From positions 126,666,001 to 126,730,000 of the forward strand of contig NC_042997.1 of NCBI RefSeq assembly GCF_006345805.1: a stretch of DNA of 64,000 bases, given 5' to 3'. Positions 39,113 to 52,958 of the stretch are shown here, piece after piece. How positions within the stretch are numbered: position 1 is the stretch's first letter; each line of letters opens with the position of its first letter. Source of the stretch: Octopus sinensis (taxonomy: Eukaryota). The position numbers were made by a program, and so were the translations under genes. Below the pieces are notes generated by a model, which was not told the origin of the DNA, made no database searches, and worked only from the letters and a program-made list of their open reading frames with translations.

Positions 39113-40556
39113 CACAGATAATTCATATTAGTTTATTTATTTGATTGTATTTATTCAGAGCCTACAAATAGTAAAAGTGGAAATTAAATGTTGCTTTAAG
39201 AACACAAGCTGTTCAGCATCAATGAATTATTGATGCATGTAGGAACTGCACAAAGTTTTGGTTCTGGCACAGTTGGAACTTTGTCACAATGTTGTAGTTC
39301 ATATATATATAACATTTTAATGGTGTTTAGCCATTAAGTCTGTGTGCACTGTCAGATTTCACCTTTATGTAAGCACAACATCAATGCCCTAACCCTTACT
39401 CTATATTCACCACACACATATGTGTGAGTGTATACACAAACAGGAAACAGGTGGTTAGGAAGTGAACCTTTTTCCAGGTCTACACCATACACACACACAC
39501 ACACACGTGTATGCATGCACATGCACACACTCACATGTGTACACACACTCACACACATGTGAGCATGCGCACACACACGCATACATACACACACATGCAT
39601 AAATGCACACACTCACACACACGACACACACATACACACATGTACATACACACAAACTCACCCACACACGTGCAAACGCACACACATATGCATATGCTCA
39701 CATACACGCATATGCACGTATACATGCACACACACAAGGACACACACACATACATGCACACACACGTACATACTAACACATACACACACACACTCAAACT
39801 CACACTGACACATGCACACACACACACACACACACATGGACTGCAGGCATGGTGGTGGTTACTGCCTTGAAGAATTTTAGTAAAACAAATTGTCCCCAGT
39901 ACTTATTCTTTTGTTTTTTTAAGCCTGGTACATATTCTATTGGACAACCTTTGCTGAAGCACTAAGTTACAGGGATGTAAACACACCAACACCAGTTATC
40001 AAGTGATAATAGAGAACAGACACAGACACAAAGACACATAGAAACACACATACACAAATACACACATACACACACACTTACACACACACACACATATATG
40101 CAATGAATTTCTTTCAGTTTCTTATTTCCTTATTGTCCAGGGGCTAAACATAGAGGGGACAAACAAAGGGATTAAGTCGATTACATCGACCCCAGTGCAT
40201 AACTAGTACTTAATTTATTGATCTCAAAAGGATGAAAGGCAAAGTCGACCTCAGCGGAATTTGAACTCAGCGCTAAGCATTTCACCCGGCATGCTAACAT
40301 TTCTGCCAGCTCACTGCCTTTCAGTTTCTGTCTACCAAATCCAATCATAAGGCTTTGGTGTGTCTGGGGCTATAATAGAAGACACATTCCCAAGGTGCCA
40401 CACACCAGGACTGAACCCAGGACCATGTGTCTGGGAAGCAAACTTCTTACCACAGTCACACCTGCACCATACATACATACACACATACATACCCATATAC
40501 ATACATATATACATACATACATAATACATACATACATACATAAATGCATGCATGCA

Positions 40557-40593
<37 letters not shown>

Positions 40594-42751
40594 CAAATTA
40601 AAATTAAAAGGGTGGCTTATTAGCAATTAGAACCTAAAAGTAAAATTAATAGGGATCACAAAAGCGATGAAGGGTACTGACTAGAACCACTTACATTAAC
40701 TCTTATTTTAGCATAAGTGGTCACTTTTGTGACCTCTATTAATTTTGTCTTTATACATATATATATATATATATATCATCAACATCATCATCGTTGTTTA
40801 ACATCCGCTTTCCATGCTGGCATGGGTTGGACAGTTTGACTGAGGACTGGTGAGCCAGAGGCTGCACCAGTCTCAATATGATCTGGCCAACTTTCTACAG
40901 CTGGATGCCCTTCCTAATGCCAATCACTCCGATATATATATATATATATATAATATATATATATATATATACTTGAATGAATAAGTAGATATAGCTTTCT
41001 TGAGGCGATAATCTTTATTTTAATCTTAATAATAATAATGATGCTTACAGTAACTGTAAACATTATTATTATTCTTCTTATTATTATTAAGATTAAAATA
41101 AAAATTATCTCCTCAAAAAAGCCATTTCTACTCATTCTTTGAAATATATATAGTACTCTACCAAGCACTTACTCTTTATTATTCTATGTATATATATATA
41201 TCATCATCCTCAACATCGTCATTTAACGTCCATTCAACTAATAATATTCTTAAGGGTGTTAACATTTTTGAAGAGGGCTGGTCTCTAGCTACATTTTGGC
41301 ATAAAAAAATTGAGATTTGATCCCGTAGAAAAAAGTTTACATCAAAATTTGCAGCAACATTATAAGAGAGTAAGTAACACCACCAATCATGTTTAGCTCT
41401 AAATAACTTTTTTTATTTTAAAAACCAAATATATTTATCTTAGCTTCAATGATAGAAGAAAGCATGAAGAATTTCATAGTTTTGTTCCCATACAACAAAA
41501 ATTTGTATCAAAACAGTTGCGAGGTAAAATATTATGAAAAAATATATGTAAGGCAAAAAATTGGATTTCAGTATAATTAACTTTTTATTTAGAAACAAAT
41601 TATATTTTGATTAAGCTTAAATGGTAGAGTTCAATTTGAAGAATGCCCAAACGTTGTGTAAAACCTAATTGATATCATTGGAACCTTAAATGAACCAATA
41701 CTTTGTGAGTGGAACTGGACAAATGGAAAATCTATGGAAACCTCTTCATTTGAAGGTATTGCTGACACAGCCTTATCATACATTGTGTCATACTGATTGT
41801 CATGTAGAATTATGTGAAAGGCATATGCATCTGTGAAGTACTCAGCCACTTCACATGTTAATTTTAAAGAGTGTGTCATTCAGTTGTTGAAAAACCTGAA
41901 TATTGCTGCCAAAATCAACAGCGGACCCATTCTAGTAACTAGAAATTACTTTCAAATTAATACTTAGAATAAATGTTATATTAGGCAACATCCTAACCAC
42001 TAGCTGTGTAGCCTAGTAGCTAGAATATGGCACTCACAGTTGCTAAATTGTATGTTCAATTCTTGGACCAGGTAGTACATTGTGTTCTTGAGCAAGACAC
42101 TTTATTTCACATTATTTCCCATCCATTCAGTTGTAAATAAGTAACCCAGGTCATCACAATCGAAGTACATTTTTATTCATGGTTACTATATTCTGAGATA
42201 GATTGGAGGGCAATTTCTTATTCAGATATTCCACTTTTTCATTGTCTTTATAGCTGTGCCCATTTTACTTCCTATCATCACTTGAGAGTTGCTATGTCCT
42301 TGGCAAAACTCAAGAGTCCTCTCTATGTTACACTATCTCCATTTGTCTGCCAAACATTTCACAGAGTGTGATGTGCATTTTGCCATGACACTGACTCTTG
42401 AAAGGTTGTCTTGTCTCTCGAGTGATTATCAAGTCTTCTCTACACTGTTTTGATCTGTTTCCATTTTCTCAAGGGAAATGTAACCAAAAAGGTGAATAGA
42501 GATCAAGGAGCAAGAAAATGAATGAAGAGAGTATTGACATGGATGTGATGGGAAAACAGGGTGATAACAATGAGAGCATGTTAAAGGTGGGAGTAATGAA
42601 AGAGAGATAGTGATAGGTAGCTACATGCTGTTTGTTGATGAGGTGATTGAATAGAAAGACATCATAATGTAATAGGAAAAGAGAGATAGGTGGAAAAAGT
42701 CAAATTATGGAACGAGAAATATGTCAGAATGGATTGTTATAAGAGATGATA

Positions 42752-42788
<37 letters not shown>

Positions 42789-43239
42789 TGTGTGTGAGTA
42801 AGAGAAATGAATTCTGTTAAGTGTGTGATAGATGTCTATGGGCATTCACACTGTGGAGTGACACAGTGACAGCCAGCAGTAAAGAAGACTGATGTTATGG
42901 GTATTAAATATGGCAAGATCTATAGCCATTTCTTGCTACACACGAATTGTACATACATAAAACCATACACACATGCATTATGCACACACACACACACGCA
43001 CACACACACACACACACACATATTCACACTCACAATTATATATGTAAAAGTATATAAATATATGCATAAGTATGTATACGTTTATTAAATTTTTTATCAT
43101 GTCTGTTGTGTATCCTTTTCCCCTCTCCCATCATTTTTATCTAGCTTTGATTGTCCACCTTCTACCATATGTATTGTAATGTTTGACATTTATTGTATTC
43201 TATCTGCGAGCCTTTTGTGGCTAGTAAACAAACTATTAT

Positions 43240-43250
43240 TATTATTATTA

Positions 43251-43338
<88 letters not shown>

Positions 43339-43400
43339 GTTATTATTATTGTTATTATTATTATTATTATTATATTAATACTATTATTACTATCATTATT
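43240..43400. repeat. (ATT)n microsatellite (representative)
   Basis: About 160 bp of near-pure att; similar arrays at 880-950, 10205-10345, 10878-10975, 45358-45426. Confidence 0.95.
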
Positions 43401-43610
43401 ATTATTGTTTGTTTTTGGTGTGTTATTCTTTATTTATAAGGTTTCTAATTCTGTTATTTCAATATCTGTGACTTGAGCACCAGACAAGAACATGTCAATT
43501 CTTTTGGTATTATTACTATTTTATGTTGGAAATTAAATGAAAATGTGTCAATGGTTGTACAAGGGATGATAGCACAGGCAGCAAGAGTACAATGTATTTA
43601 TATATGCGTT

Positions 43611-43641
<31 letters not shown>

Positions 43642-44055
43642 GCACATATACAACCATACATATACAGATTCATATATGTATGTATGTGTATATATATATA
43701 TATACATATATATATATGTATATATATATATGTATATCTATGTATGTATGTATATATATGTATATATACATATATGCCTACACACATACATATACATATA
43801 TATACATGCGCGTGTATATAAATATATGTAAGCATGTATTATACTGTGCATATATGTATGTGCGTGTTTATGTGTATGAATGTGTTAAAACGATAGCAAT
43901 GATATTTGCCTGCCTGTCTGTCCAGCTTTCTTCATCTATTCTATCTATATATGTATCTGTGCATATATATATATATATATATATACCGGAGTAACACATA
44001 AATGTGAAACAAGGTGGAAAAAAGAGTACTCAAATACCAGTGGTAGAGTAATATG

Positions 44056-44190
44056 CTTTATTTTAAGCAGCAGAAAATTCAACAAAATCTGTTACTCTGA
44101 GTTTCTCGTTGTCGTTCATCAGGTCTGATGAACGGCAACGAGAAACTCAGAGTAACAGATTTTGTTGAATTTTCTGCTGCTTAAAATAAA

Positions 44191-44191
<1 letters not shown>
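44056..44191. repeat. Near-perfect palindrome, 67-bp arms, 2-nt loop
   Basis: 44056-44122 pairs with 44125-44191; single T-G at 44112/44135. Confidence 0.95.
44123..44158 (+). ncRNA. Hammerhead-like motif, 5'-truncated, in a near-perfect palindrome
   Basis: gu-CUGAUGA-a-cg(gcaa)cg-a-GAAA-cuc(a)gag-UA-acag: intact core, but only 2 bp of stem I remain and stem II is 2 bp with a GNRA loop. Confidence 0.5.
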
Positions 44192-44237
<46 letters not shown>

Positions 44238-44239
<2 letters not shown>

Positions 44240-44725
44240 GAAGATACCTGTGTGAAAAAGTGTCACACCCTAACAGTGGAGGGACCCTGTGGAAGAAGTA
44301 GACCCAGGAAAACCTGGGATGAGGTGGTAAAGCACGACCTTCAAACGCTGGGTTTCACAGAAGTGATGACAAGCGACTGAGACCTCTGGAGATATGCTGT
44401 GCTTGAGAAGACCCGGCAAGCCAAGTGAGACTGTAATCATAGCTGATGCCAGTACTGCCTAACTGGCACCTGTGCTGGTGGTATGTAAAAAGTACCATTT
44501 GACCATGGTCGTTGCCAATGCTGCCTGACTGGCTCCTGTGCCAGTGACATGTAAAAAGCACTCACTACATTCTCGGAGCAGTTGGTGTTAGGAAAGGCAT
44601 CCAGCATAGTAAGTTTGCCTGGTCAGATTGGAGCCTGGACAGCCTTCTGGCTTACCAGTCCTCAGTCAAACAGTCCAACCCATGCCAGCATGGAAAGCGG
44701 ACGTTAAACGATGATGTTGATGATA
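44238..44725 (+). mobile_element. RTE-clade LINE short 3' fragment
   Basis: YEDTCVKKCHTLTVEGPCGRSRPRKTWDEVVKHDLQTLG, followed by the family 3' UTR and (GAT)n. Confidence 0.85.
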
Positions 44726-44884
44726 TTTGTAAACAAACCCAGAGGCTTGATAATTTATGGAGAAAAAGCGACTATGAAAGTCCCTTTCATAGAATAATGA
44801 CTATATAATAATGTATCATAATAATACTAGATATACTCTGATTAAAGTGACGTTTATCAAAACAATTGACTGAAAAATGATGAG

Positions 44885-44960
44885 CTAACTCCAGCTAGAA
44901 TCGAACCTACATATCAACAGTAACATGGCTCCTTGTACATCCAACTGAGCTAGAACACTC
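44885..44960 (-). pseudogene. tRNA-like remnant (tRNA pseudogene or isolated SINE head)
   Basis: Minus strand has tagctcagttgga (A box) and ggttcgattc (B box) with tRNA-like spacing; no convincing cloverleaf or anticodon. Confidence 0.35.
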
Positions 44961-45169
44961 ACCCATAAATTTCAGTCAGATTTTATGTATAGATACTTAA
45001 CTGTCTAGAACTACACACACACACACACACGTCTTTTAAATTTGTTTGTGGGAAATATTTTGAATATTCAAATGAAGATCCTATTCCATTATGTTGGCCA
45101 CCATCTAATGATGCTGACAAGTGAGCCAGTTTTTCGGAGTTTTATGAAATTGTACCAATATTATGTAGG

Positions 45170-45210
<41 letters not shown>

Positions 45211-45358
45211 TTTGACTATATATCTTCTGGAGGAGTTACCTCAATCCTTTCTGTATTAACCAAAATGAAGTAGATAGACAAAATTATTTTTTGAACCAGT
45301 TGAAGATGTCGAAATATCGTTCCCTAGATAACAATGGCACTGTTCTTTTAATTTTGAC

Positions 45359-45406
<48 letters not shown>

Positions 45407-45427
45407 GTAATAATAATGATAATAATG

Positions 45428-45819
45428 AAGAAAAAATGTGACGAAAAAAATGTTTTCTAATTGATGTATCAATACCAGCGGATGACAACGTGTCTCTAAA
45501 AGAAATGGAGAAACTTTCAAAATACAAAGACCTGGAAATAGAGGTAACCAGAATGTGGAATCTAAAAACAGAAACAATTCCTATCATAGTGCATTAAGCA
45601 TGATAAAAAAATATTCAGACAAATATATAACAAAAACACCAGGACTTACAAACACATATAACATACAGAAAATTGCACTACTAGGCACTGCACACATCCT
45701 ACGCAGAACACTTTCCATATAATAACCATCAGAGCATCACAACAAATCACAGCACATACCCAAGACACACAGAGCTGCGCTCGGTAGTGAAGTGAAAGCA
45801 CGCTATAAAAAATATACTA

Positions 45820-45824
<5 letters not shown>
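45428..45824 (+). mobile_element. Third R4/Dong-like LINE 3' end between (TAA)n arrays
   Basis: KKCFLIDVSIPADDNVSLKEMEKLSKYKDLEIEVTRMWNLKTETIPIIV..IQKIALLGTAHILRRTLS; (TAA)n at about 45358-45426 and 45825-45875. Missed by the ORF track because of a frameshift. Confidence 0.85.
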
Positions 45825-45872
<48 letters not shown>

Positions 45873-46322
45873 TAATCCTTGGATGTAATTTATAAAAATC
45901 TAATACATCGCTATGCACGTTTCCACAAATCACATGACTCTTCAGATCACAGTCCGTATTCCTGGGATGATTACAGTGTAATTCATAGTATCTGTTGGCA
46001 TTGTGATGATTATTTTCATGGATTCATTTCTTCAGGTGATATAACGTTAGTTGATCTACAAAAGAAGGATGCTTATACATTTTTACCAGTATGAAGGTCA
46101 AGTGAGTTCTGTGGGTATTTCTGTGTGTGTTTGGTGTGTGGAGGATGGGGGGTGAAGGAATGGTAGTTATATGGGGATGGAGGTGTGTGTGGTCGTGTTG
46201 GTATTGTTTTGCTATTTATTCAGCAGATGTTAAGGATGGGTAGTGCATTCTTTTGTTTGATCTCATTTAAGATATGACTGTCTTCAATAGTTTCTGAACT
46301 AGATTGCTGGTATATTATAATA

Positions 46323-46793
46323 TTACATGGAAAAATGTGAGCATGAAAAGTAATGTTCTTAAGATTATAAACCTGGAAAAGTGCAGGACAAGTTATTACT
46401 TCTAGTAAAGTAAAGAATAAGAAACTTTTTACTTAAAATATTGCAGCAAAGAATGCCAATTCTTCTAATTTATCACTCTTTACAGTTCTCATCTTTCAAA
46501 TTTATGCACAAAACTGTTCAGCTAATTTGTAAGTTTGTCTAATTAGTCACTTTCTGTATTTAAAATAGTAAATTAGCCAAATTCTACTTAAATAAGTATA
46601 GTGTTATTTGTAAACTATAATAAAATTTGAATATACAAATTTTAATTTTAGCTGCAATATTTTAACTAAAAAGTTTTTTATTCTTTACTTTACTAGAAGT
46701 AATAGCTTGTAATAATAGGTGTAATAACTTGTCCTGTAATTTTCCAGGTTTATAATCTTAAGAATATTTTCATGCTCACATTTTTCCATGTAA
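46323..46793. mobile_element. Foldback/MITE-like element with about 125-140-bp inverted arms
   Basis: ttacatggaaaaatgtgagcatgaaaa...aaaatattgcagc (46323-46447) mirrored by gctgcaatatttt...ttttcatgctcacatttttccatgtaa (46651-46793). Confidence 0.7.
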
Positions 46794-48349
46794 GCCATGA
46801 TTTTCCCAGGCATTGCTGTTATTAGATAATAATGTGTCAATTAATAATTTAAGATTTTACCTTATATAATATTGAAAGATAATATTTCAATTTTTCCATG
46901 TAAGTGATGAAAATATTTCAATTTTTTTGCATGTTTAATTTAAATATATGTTGTGATTAAGTTATCTGATATTACCCATCCACACCTAATTAATGGCAGG
47001 GATTTTTACCATGTTGTTGGTTGCATCATGGCTCACCAAAAGTTACAAACAGCAAGACCCCAAAACCGTCAGTTACCAGGCTCACTTTAATTAACCTAAT
47101 TTTGCAATATTAGGAGATCACAGAATCATTCAATGAAAAAAAAATTCCAATGATTCCGGGATTGTGGTGGGGGAAACCCTCACCTCATTTTTTCTGAACC
47201 AAAATAAGGGATTTGCAGTATATTAGGAGGTCAGGGTACTTGGTTCCATGCAAAAAATTAAATTATTTGTTTTTTTTCCTAAGTGAAAATCGTGCGTGTG
47301 TTAATATAGAAATTTACCATAATGTTGTTGTTATTTAGCTTCAAATCAACCCTGATGCTGCAAATGTACCATCAAAGACATTCCAACCTTCAGCAAACTG
47401 TCTTTTTAGGGATAATTTAGGACATTACATACAATGGGCGTGTAATTTAGGTAGGGGGATACTTTGGCTGCTATTTTTTAGGTAGAGGCTCTTTCATTGG
47501 TTCAATTGCGTGATGATATTTTTTTACATATATATGTAATATGTATATATATCATCGGCAGAAGTTAGAGAGTAAATCAAAAGTGGAGAGTTTTGTGTAT
47601 TAGCATTTATCAAACACAAATTTGTCCATTGTCACTTTGTAACTTCCGATAAAATAACTTCTAAAATACAAAATTAAGAGTAAACCCTGTTCTATGTGAT
47701 ACATTCTGCCAGTATCGGAAGTTTGAAAGTGTTTAGTTAAAAAAAATTAATAAAATAATCTGTACATCAAATTGAGCTTGGCGAAATTTGAACTCAAAAC
47801 ATGAAGACAGATGAAATATCATTAAGCATTTTTCCTGGCACACTAACATTTCTGCCAGCTCGCCACCTTAGAGTTTAGGCATTCATTTTAGAAATATATT
47901 CTTTATTCTTATTGCTTAAGAGTTACTTCCTCACTTACTTACTGACATAAAATTTCGTAATATTTTACTTCATAACTGTTTTTCTACTAACTTTTGCTCA
48001 ATGCAACTAACGAATTCCTCATGCATTTTTCTATCATTTAAGCATCAGAAAAGTACTTTTAATTTCAAATTAAAACATGTCTGTTAATTGAAGATGAATA
48101 TCTACCTTACTGCCCCCCTTGAGGCCACAGATATTTTGATATAACTTTTTTTCTACTGAACCAAATCTCAAACTATTTATGTCAAAGTGTAGCTGAGGAG
48201 GTGTCCTCTTTAAAACTATCAACAGTTTGCAATTTAGTTGAGAACTGAAATAATTGTGAAGCTTGGAAGCTGCTGCGATTGACGAAATGGTGGACTTAAG
48301 AAATATATTATAATATATATATTACAATATATATAATATGTATTATAAT

Positions 48350-48695
48350 CATCATCATCATCATCATCATCATCGTTTAACGTCCGCTTTCCATGCTAGC
48401 ATGGGTTGGATGATTCAACTGGGGTCTGGCAAGCTCGAAGGCTGCACCAGGCCAGTCAGATCTGGCAGTGTTTCTACAGCTGGATGCCCTTCCTAACACC
48501 AACCACTCCAAGAGTGTAGTGGGTGATTTTATGTGCCACCGACACAGGTGCCAGACGAGGCTGGCAGACGGCCACGCTTGGATGGTGTTTTTATGTGCCA
48601 CCGACACAGGTGCCAGACGAGGCTGGCAGACGGCCACGCTCGGATGGTGTTTTCTTATGTGCCACCGACACAGGTGCCAGACGAGGCTGGCGATA
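48350..48695 (-). mobile_element. RTE 3' UTR/tail copy with three tandem subunits of about 60 bp
   Basis: tttatgtgccaccgacacaggtgccagacgaggctggc occurs three times in 48527-48692; (ATC)n at 48348-48374. Confidence 0.75.
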
Positions 48696-50035
48696 CATAA
48701 TATATATATTATAATATAATTATAATATATATATTGTAATATATATTATAATATATGTATCATAATATAACTATAATATATATATCATGATTTACCAGCA
48801 GTCCCCGATGATCTGTTGAGTTCAGGAACTATTGAAAACTGTCATGACTTAAAGGAAATCAAACAAAAGAATGTATTACCCATCCTTAACATCTGCTGAA
48901 TGAATAACAAAACAATACCAACACCACCACACACACCTCCATCATTTAACTATTATTCCTTCCTCTATTTCCATCACCTCACCTCCTCCCCACCATCAAA
49001 CACACAGAAATATCCACAGAACTTGCTTGACCTTTATACTAGTAAAAATGGACAAGCATCCCTCTTTAGTAGATCAACTAATGTTATCTCTCGTTGTGAG
49101 ATTTAAAAATAGTAATTTTCTAACTAATGTTATATTGTCTGAAGAAATGAATCAACGATGATGATCAACCGGATGCCTGTGGATACTACAGGCTACACTG
49201 TAATCATCCCAGAAATAGGGACACATGATCTGTGGAAACGCATGGGTTCCATGAATAAATGACTCAAAGCTCTCTGTAAAGGGCCCTGGCTGTAGAAACC
49301 CTGCTAAAGCAAACATTGGACCTTGGTGGTGTATTCTGGATTGTTAAAACCAGATTTACAGTACATCTCATGCTAATATGGAAGATGGAGATTAAATGAT
49401 GAAAATGATGACGACAACGGCGACGATGACGACGACGACGATGATGATGATGATGATGATGTTGACATATAATATATAATAAATTCTTACTTTTACATTA
49501 ATGAAATTTGAGTAACCAGTACATATAACTGTTAAATATCAATTAGGCATTGTTCGTTAGTGATTATACATTATGACTTCAAGATTCATATTACAGAATA
49601 ATTATCCCAATATTTATGTGGTGAGAAAATAATATCCACATCTAGAAATACCTTCCTTTGCAATTAATTACACTGATGTGCAATGTCTGCTTTGGCAGGG
49701 ATTCTACAACAGGATGCCTTTTCTGATGTCAACCACTTTACAGGGTATTGTGGGTGCTTTATTCATAGCACTGTGGCACCAAGTAACTCTTAAGATAAGA
49801 TTCAATCCTCAATTCAATAGGGATGTAATAACAAGGGAGAGAGGTGGCTTTATGGCAAATGTTGAGTGTTTAAAGTATGATAGAGGGACAGGAACAGGTA
49901 TGCGCATACATACATACACACATATGCATGTGTGTATGTGTGTGTGTGTGTGTATATATATACATATATATATATATATATAATATATATATATATACAC
50001 ACACACACATATATATATACACACACATATATTTG

Positions 50036-50073
<38 letters not shown>

Positions 50074-50779
50074 AGAGTAAGCACATAAATATGAAACAAG
50101 GCACGACGAATGGGAACGTGAAATTCTGAGTAACAGTTTTGTGATGTATTTGCAGTTTTATTAATAAAGTGTGTGTGTGTGTATATATATATATATACAC
50201 ATATATATATATATACATATATATACATATACATATACAAACATATATATGTATATGTATATGCCTTTATATATGTATACACATATATTTAGACTAGACA
50301 TATACATCATCATCATCATCATCATCGTTTAGCGTCCGTTTTCCATGCTAGCATGGGTTGTACGGTTCTACTGGGGTCTGTGAAGCCAGAAGGCTTCATC
50401 AGGCCCAGTCAAAATCTGGCAGTGTTTCTACGGCTGGATGCCCTTCCTAATGCCAACCACTCCGTGAGTGTAGTGGGTGCTTTTTACGTGCCACCCGCAC
50501 AGGTGCCAGACAGAGCTGGCAAACGGCCACGAACGGATGGTGCTTTTTATGTGCCAACGGCACGAGGGCCAGGCGAGGCTGGCAACGGACACGAACGGAT
50601 GGTGCTTTTTACGTGCCACGGGCACGATATACATATATATATAAATATATGTGTGTGTGTGTGCATTCAAAAATGAGTGCATTGATTCCTATAGAAGAAA
50701 CAGCTGTAAGCTGAAATACATGACATAATTTCTTGTCATTTTAATTACTTGTATATAAGCTAAGTACAGAGCTTCTGCC

Positions 50780-51750
50780 AGTAAAGTGAGAATTAACCAT
50801 GAGTATAGAGATGAATTTGATGTACAGGTAAACTTTCAACAAGATTTGGTTCTTGGCACCCTCCTATTCATCACTGTCCTCCAGGCCATAAAAGAGGAAT
50901 TCAAGACTGGTTGCCCCTGGGAACTATAATATGCTGATATCCATGTTGGATTCTATAACAGAATTAAAAACAAGATTCTGTAACAGAACTAGAAACTAGA
51001 ATTAAGGTGGAGAGCTGGCAGAAACGTTAGCATGACGGGTAAAATGCTTAGTGGGATTCCGTCTGCTGCTACGTTCTGAGTTCATATTCCGCCGAGGTTG
51101 ACTTTGCCTTTCTTCCTTTTGGGGTCGATAAATTAAGTACCAGTTACACACTGGGCTCAATGTAATTGACTTAATCCTTTTGTCCTGTCCTTGTTTGTCC
51201 CCTCTGTGTTTAGCCCCTTGTGGGCAATAAAGAAATAAGAACTAGAAACAAATTCCAGGTGTGGAAGCAAAACCTAGAATCAAAGGGCCTTAAGGTTAAC
51301 TTAGCAAAGATTAAGGTCTTAGCAAGCAAGAAAATGAACAGAACCCTACCTTCATCAGATAAATGACCCTGCTCAACATGTAGAAAAGGTATAGACAAGA
51401 ACTCCATATGGTGTATCCAGTGCAAGCTATGGACTCAAAAGAGGTGCAGTGGAATAACAGGAAGGTTATCAGAGAAAGTAGTGTTCATATGTGGAAGATG
51501 CACAGAAGCCATAAAAACTACAGTTACTCAGGAAATCAATTTTCTCAAATGCTTTGGAGGTTCTTTAGAGGTAGTGGATAGTTTCTGTCACCTAAGGACC
51601 TAATTAGCTGCGGAGGAGGATGCACAAAAATTGTAATCACTAGAATAAGAACGGGATGGAGTAAATTCAGAGAGCTTTTCCCTTTGTCGGCAACCAATGG
51701 CCTCTATCTCAAAGTGAAAGGAAGATTGTATACGCATGTATATGAACAAC
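50780..51750 (+). mobile_element. Older RTE-clade LINE fragment (RT region), interrupted by a SINE
   Basis: DEFDVQVNFQQDLVLGTLLFITVLQAIKEEFKTGCPWEL*YAD (RT YADD region); later VDSFCHL..RIRTGWSKFREL..KVKGRLY; SINE inserted at about 51005-51236. Confidence 0.7.
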
Positions 51751-51764
51751 AATATATATATATG

Positions 51765-52926
51765 ATGGCTTCTGTTACCTAGGTGACCAAGTCAGCAGCG
51801 GGGGCGGGTGCGCTGAAAGTGTAACTACTAGAGTAAGAATAGCCTGGGCAAAGTTCAGAGAGCTCAGAGAGCTGGTGACATAAGGCCTCTTGCTCAGAGT
51901 AAAAGGCAGATTGTATGACGCATGTGTACGAACAGCTATGCTTCATGGCAGTGAAACATGGGCCATGACTGCTGAGGATATGCGTAAGTTTGCAAGAAAT
52001 GAAGCCAGTATGCTCCGATGGATGTGTAATATCAGTGTTCATACTCGACAGAGTGTAAGTACTTTGAGAGAAAAGTTGGACCTAAGAAGCATCAGTTGTG
52101 GTGTGCAAGAGAGACGTTTGTGCTGGTATGGTCATATGGCGAGAATGGATGAAGATAGTTGTGTGAAAAAGTGCCACATCCTAGCGGTTGAGGGAACCTG
52201 TGGAAGAGGTAGACCCAGGAAAACCTGGGATGAGGTGGTGAAGCATGACCTTCAAACTTTAGGTCTCACTGAGGAAATGACTAGAGACCGAGACCTATGG
52301 AAGCATGCTGTGCGTGAGAAGACCCGGCAGGACAAGTGAGGCCATAATCTCGTGGCCTACACCTGGGATGTAGCCAGCCCACTTATGCATTCCTTTCCTT
52401 CTTGGGACACAAAACTCCACTTGTGAAGACCTGTTGAGGCAAGTGAAAATCAAAATCAAAATCGTAATCTACCAACATCAATGGAATTTGTAGCTGTGAT
52501 ACCAGTGCCGGTGGCACGTAAGAGAACAATCCGAATGTGGCCATTGCCAGCGCCACCTGACTGGCCTCCGTGCCGGTGGCACGTAAAAAGCACCATCTGA
52601 CTGTGGCTGTTGCCAGCTTCGTCTGGTCCCCGTGCCGGTGGCCTGTAAAAAGCACCATCCGACCGTGGCCGTTGCCAGCCTTGTCTGGTCCCCGTGCCGG
52701 TGGCACATAAAATGCACCATCTGATCGTGGCCATCTGCCAGCCTCGTCTGGCACCTGTGCCGGTGGCATGTAAAAAGCACCCACTACACTCACGGAGTGG
52801 TTGGCGTTAGGAAGGGCATCCAGCTGTAGAAACACTGCCAGATCAGACTGGGCCTGGTGCAGCCTTCTGGCTTCCCAGACCCCAGTGAAATGTCCAACCC
52901 AAGCCAGCATGGAAAGCGGATGTTAA

Positions 52927-52958
<32 letters not shown>

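Noticed and set aside
40970-41160. Inverted pair of about 45 bp ending in GAAA-tatata-TA
   Set aside because: No recognisable CUGANGA/UUGANAA core; too diverged to call.
48520-48695. CRISPR-like regularly spaced repeats (also 52500-52790)
   Set aside because: Units are contiguous tandem copies with no unique spacers, lie in an RTE 3' UTR, and no cas genes are present in this eukaryotic context.
48303-48760. AT-rich inverted match (ttacaa/ttgtaa anchored) flanking an RTE tail
   Set aside because: TA-rich sequence is nearly self-complementary, so the match is not distinguishable from chance by eye.
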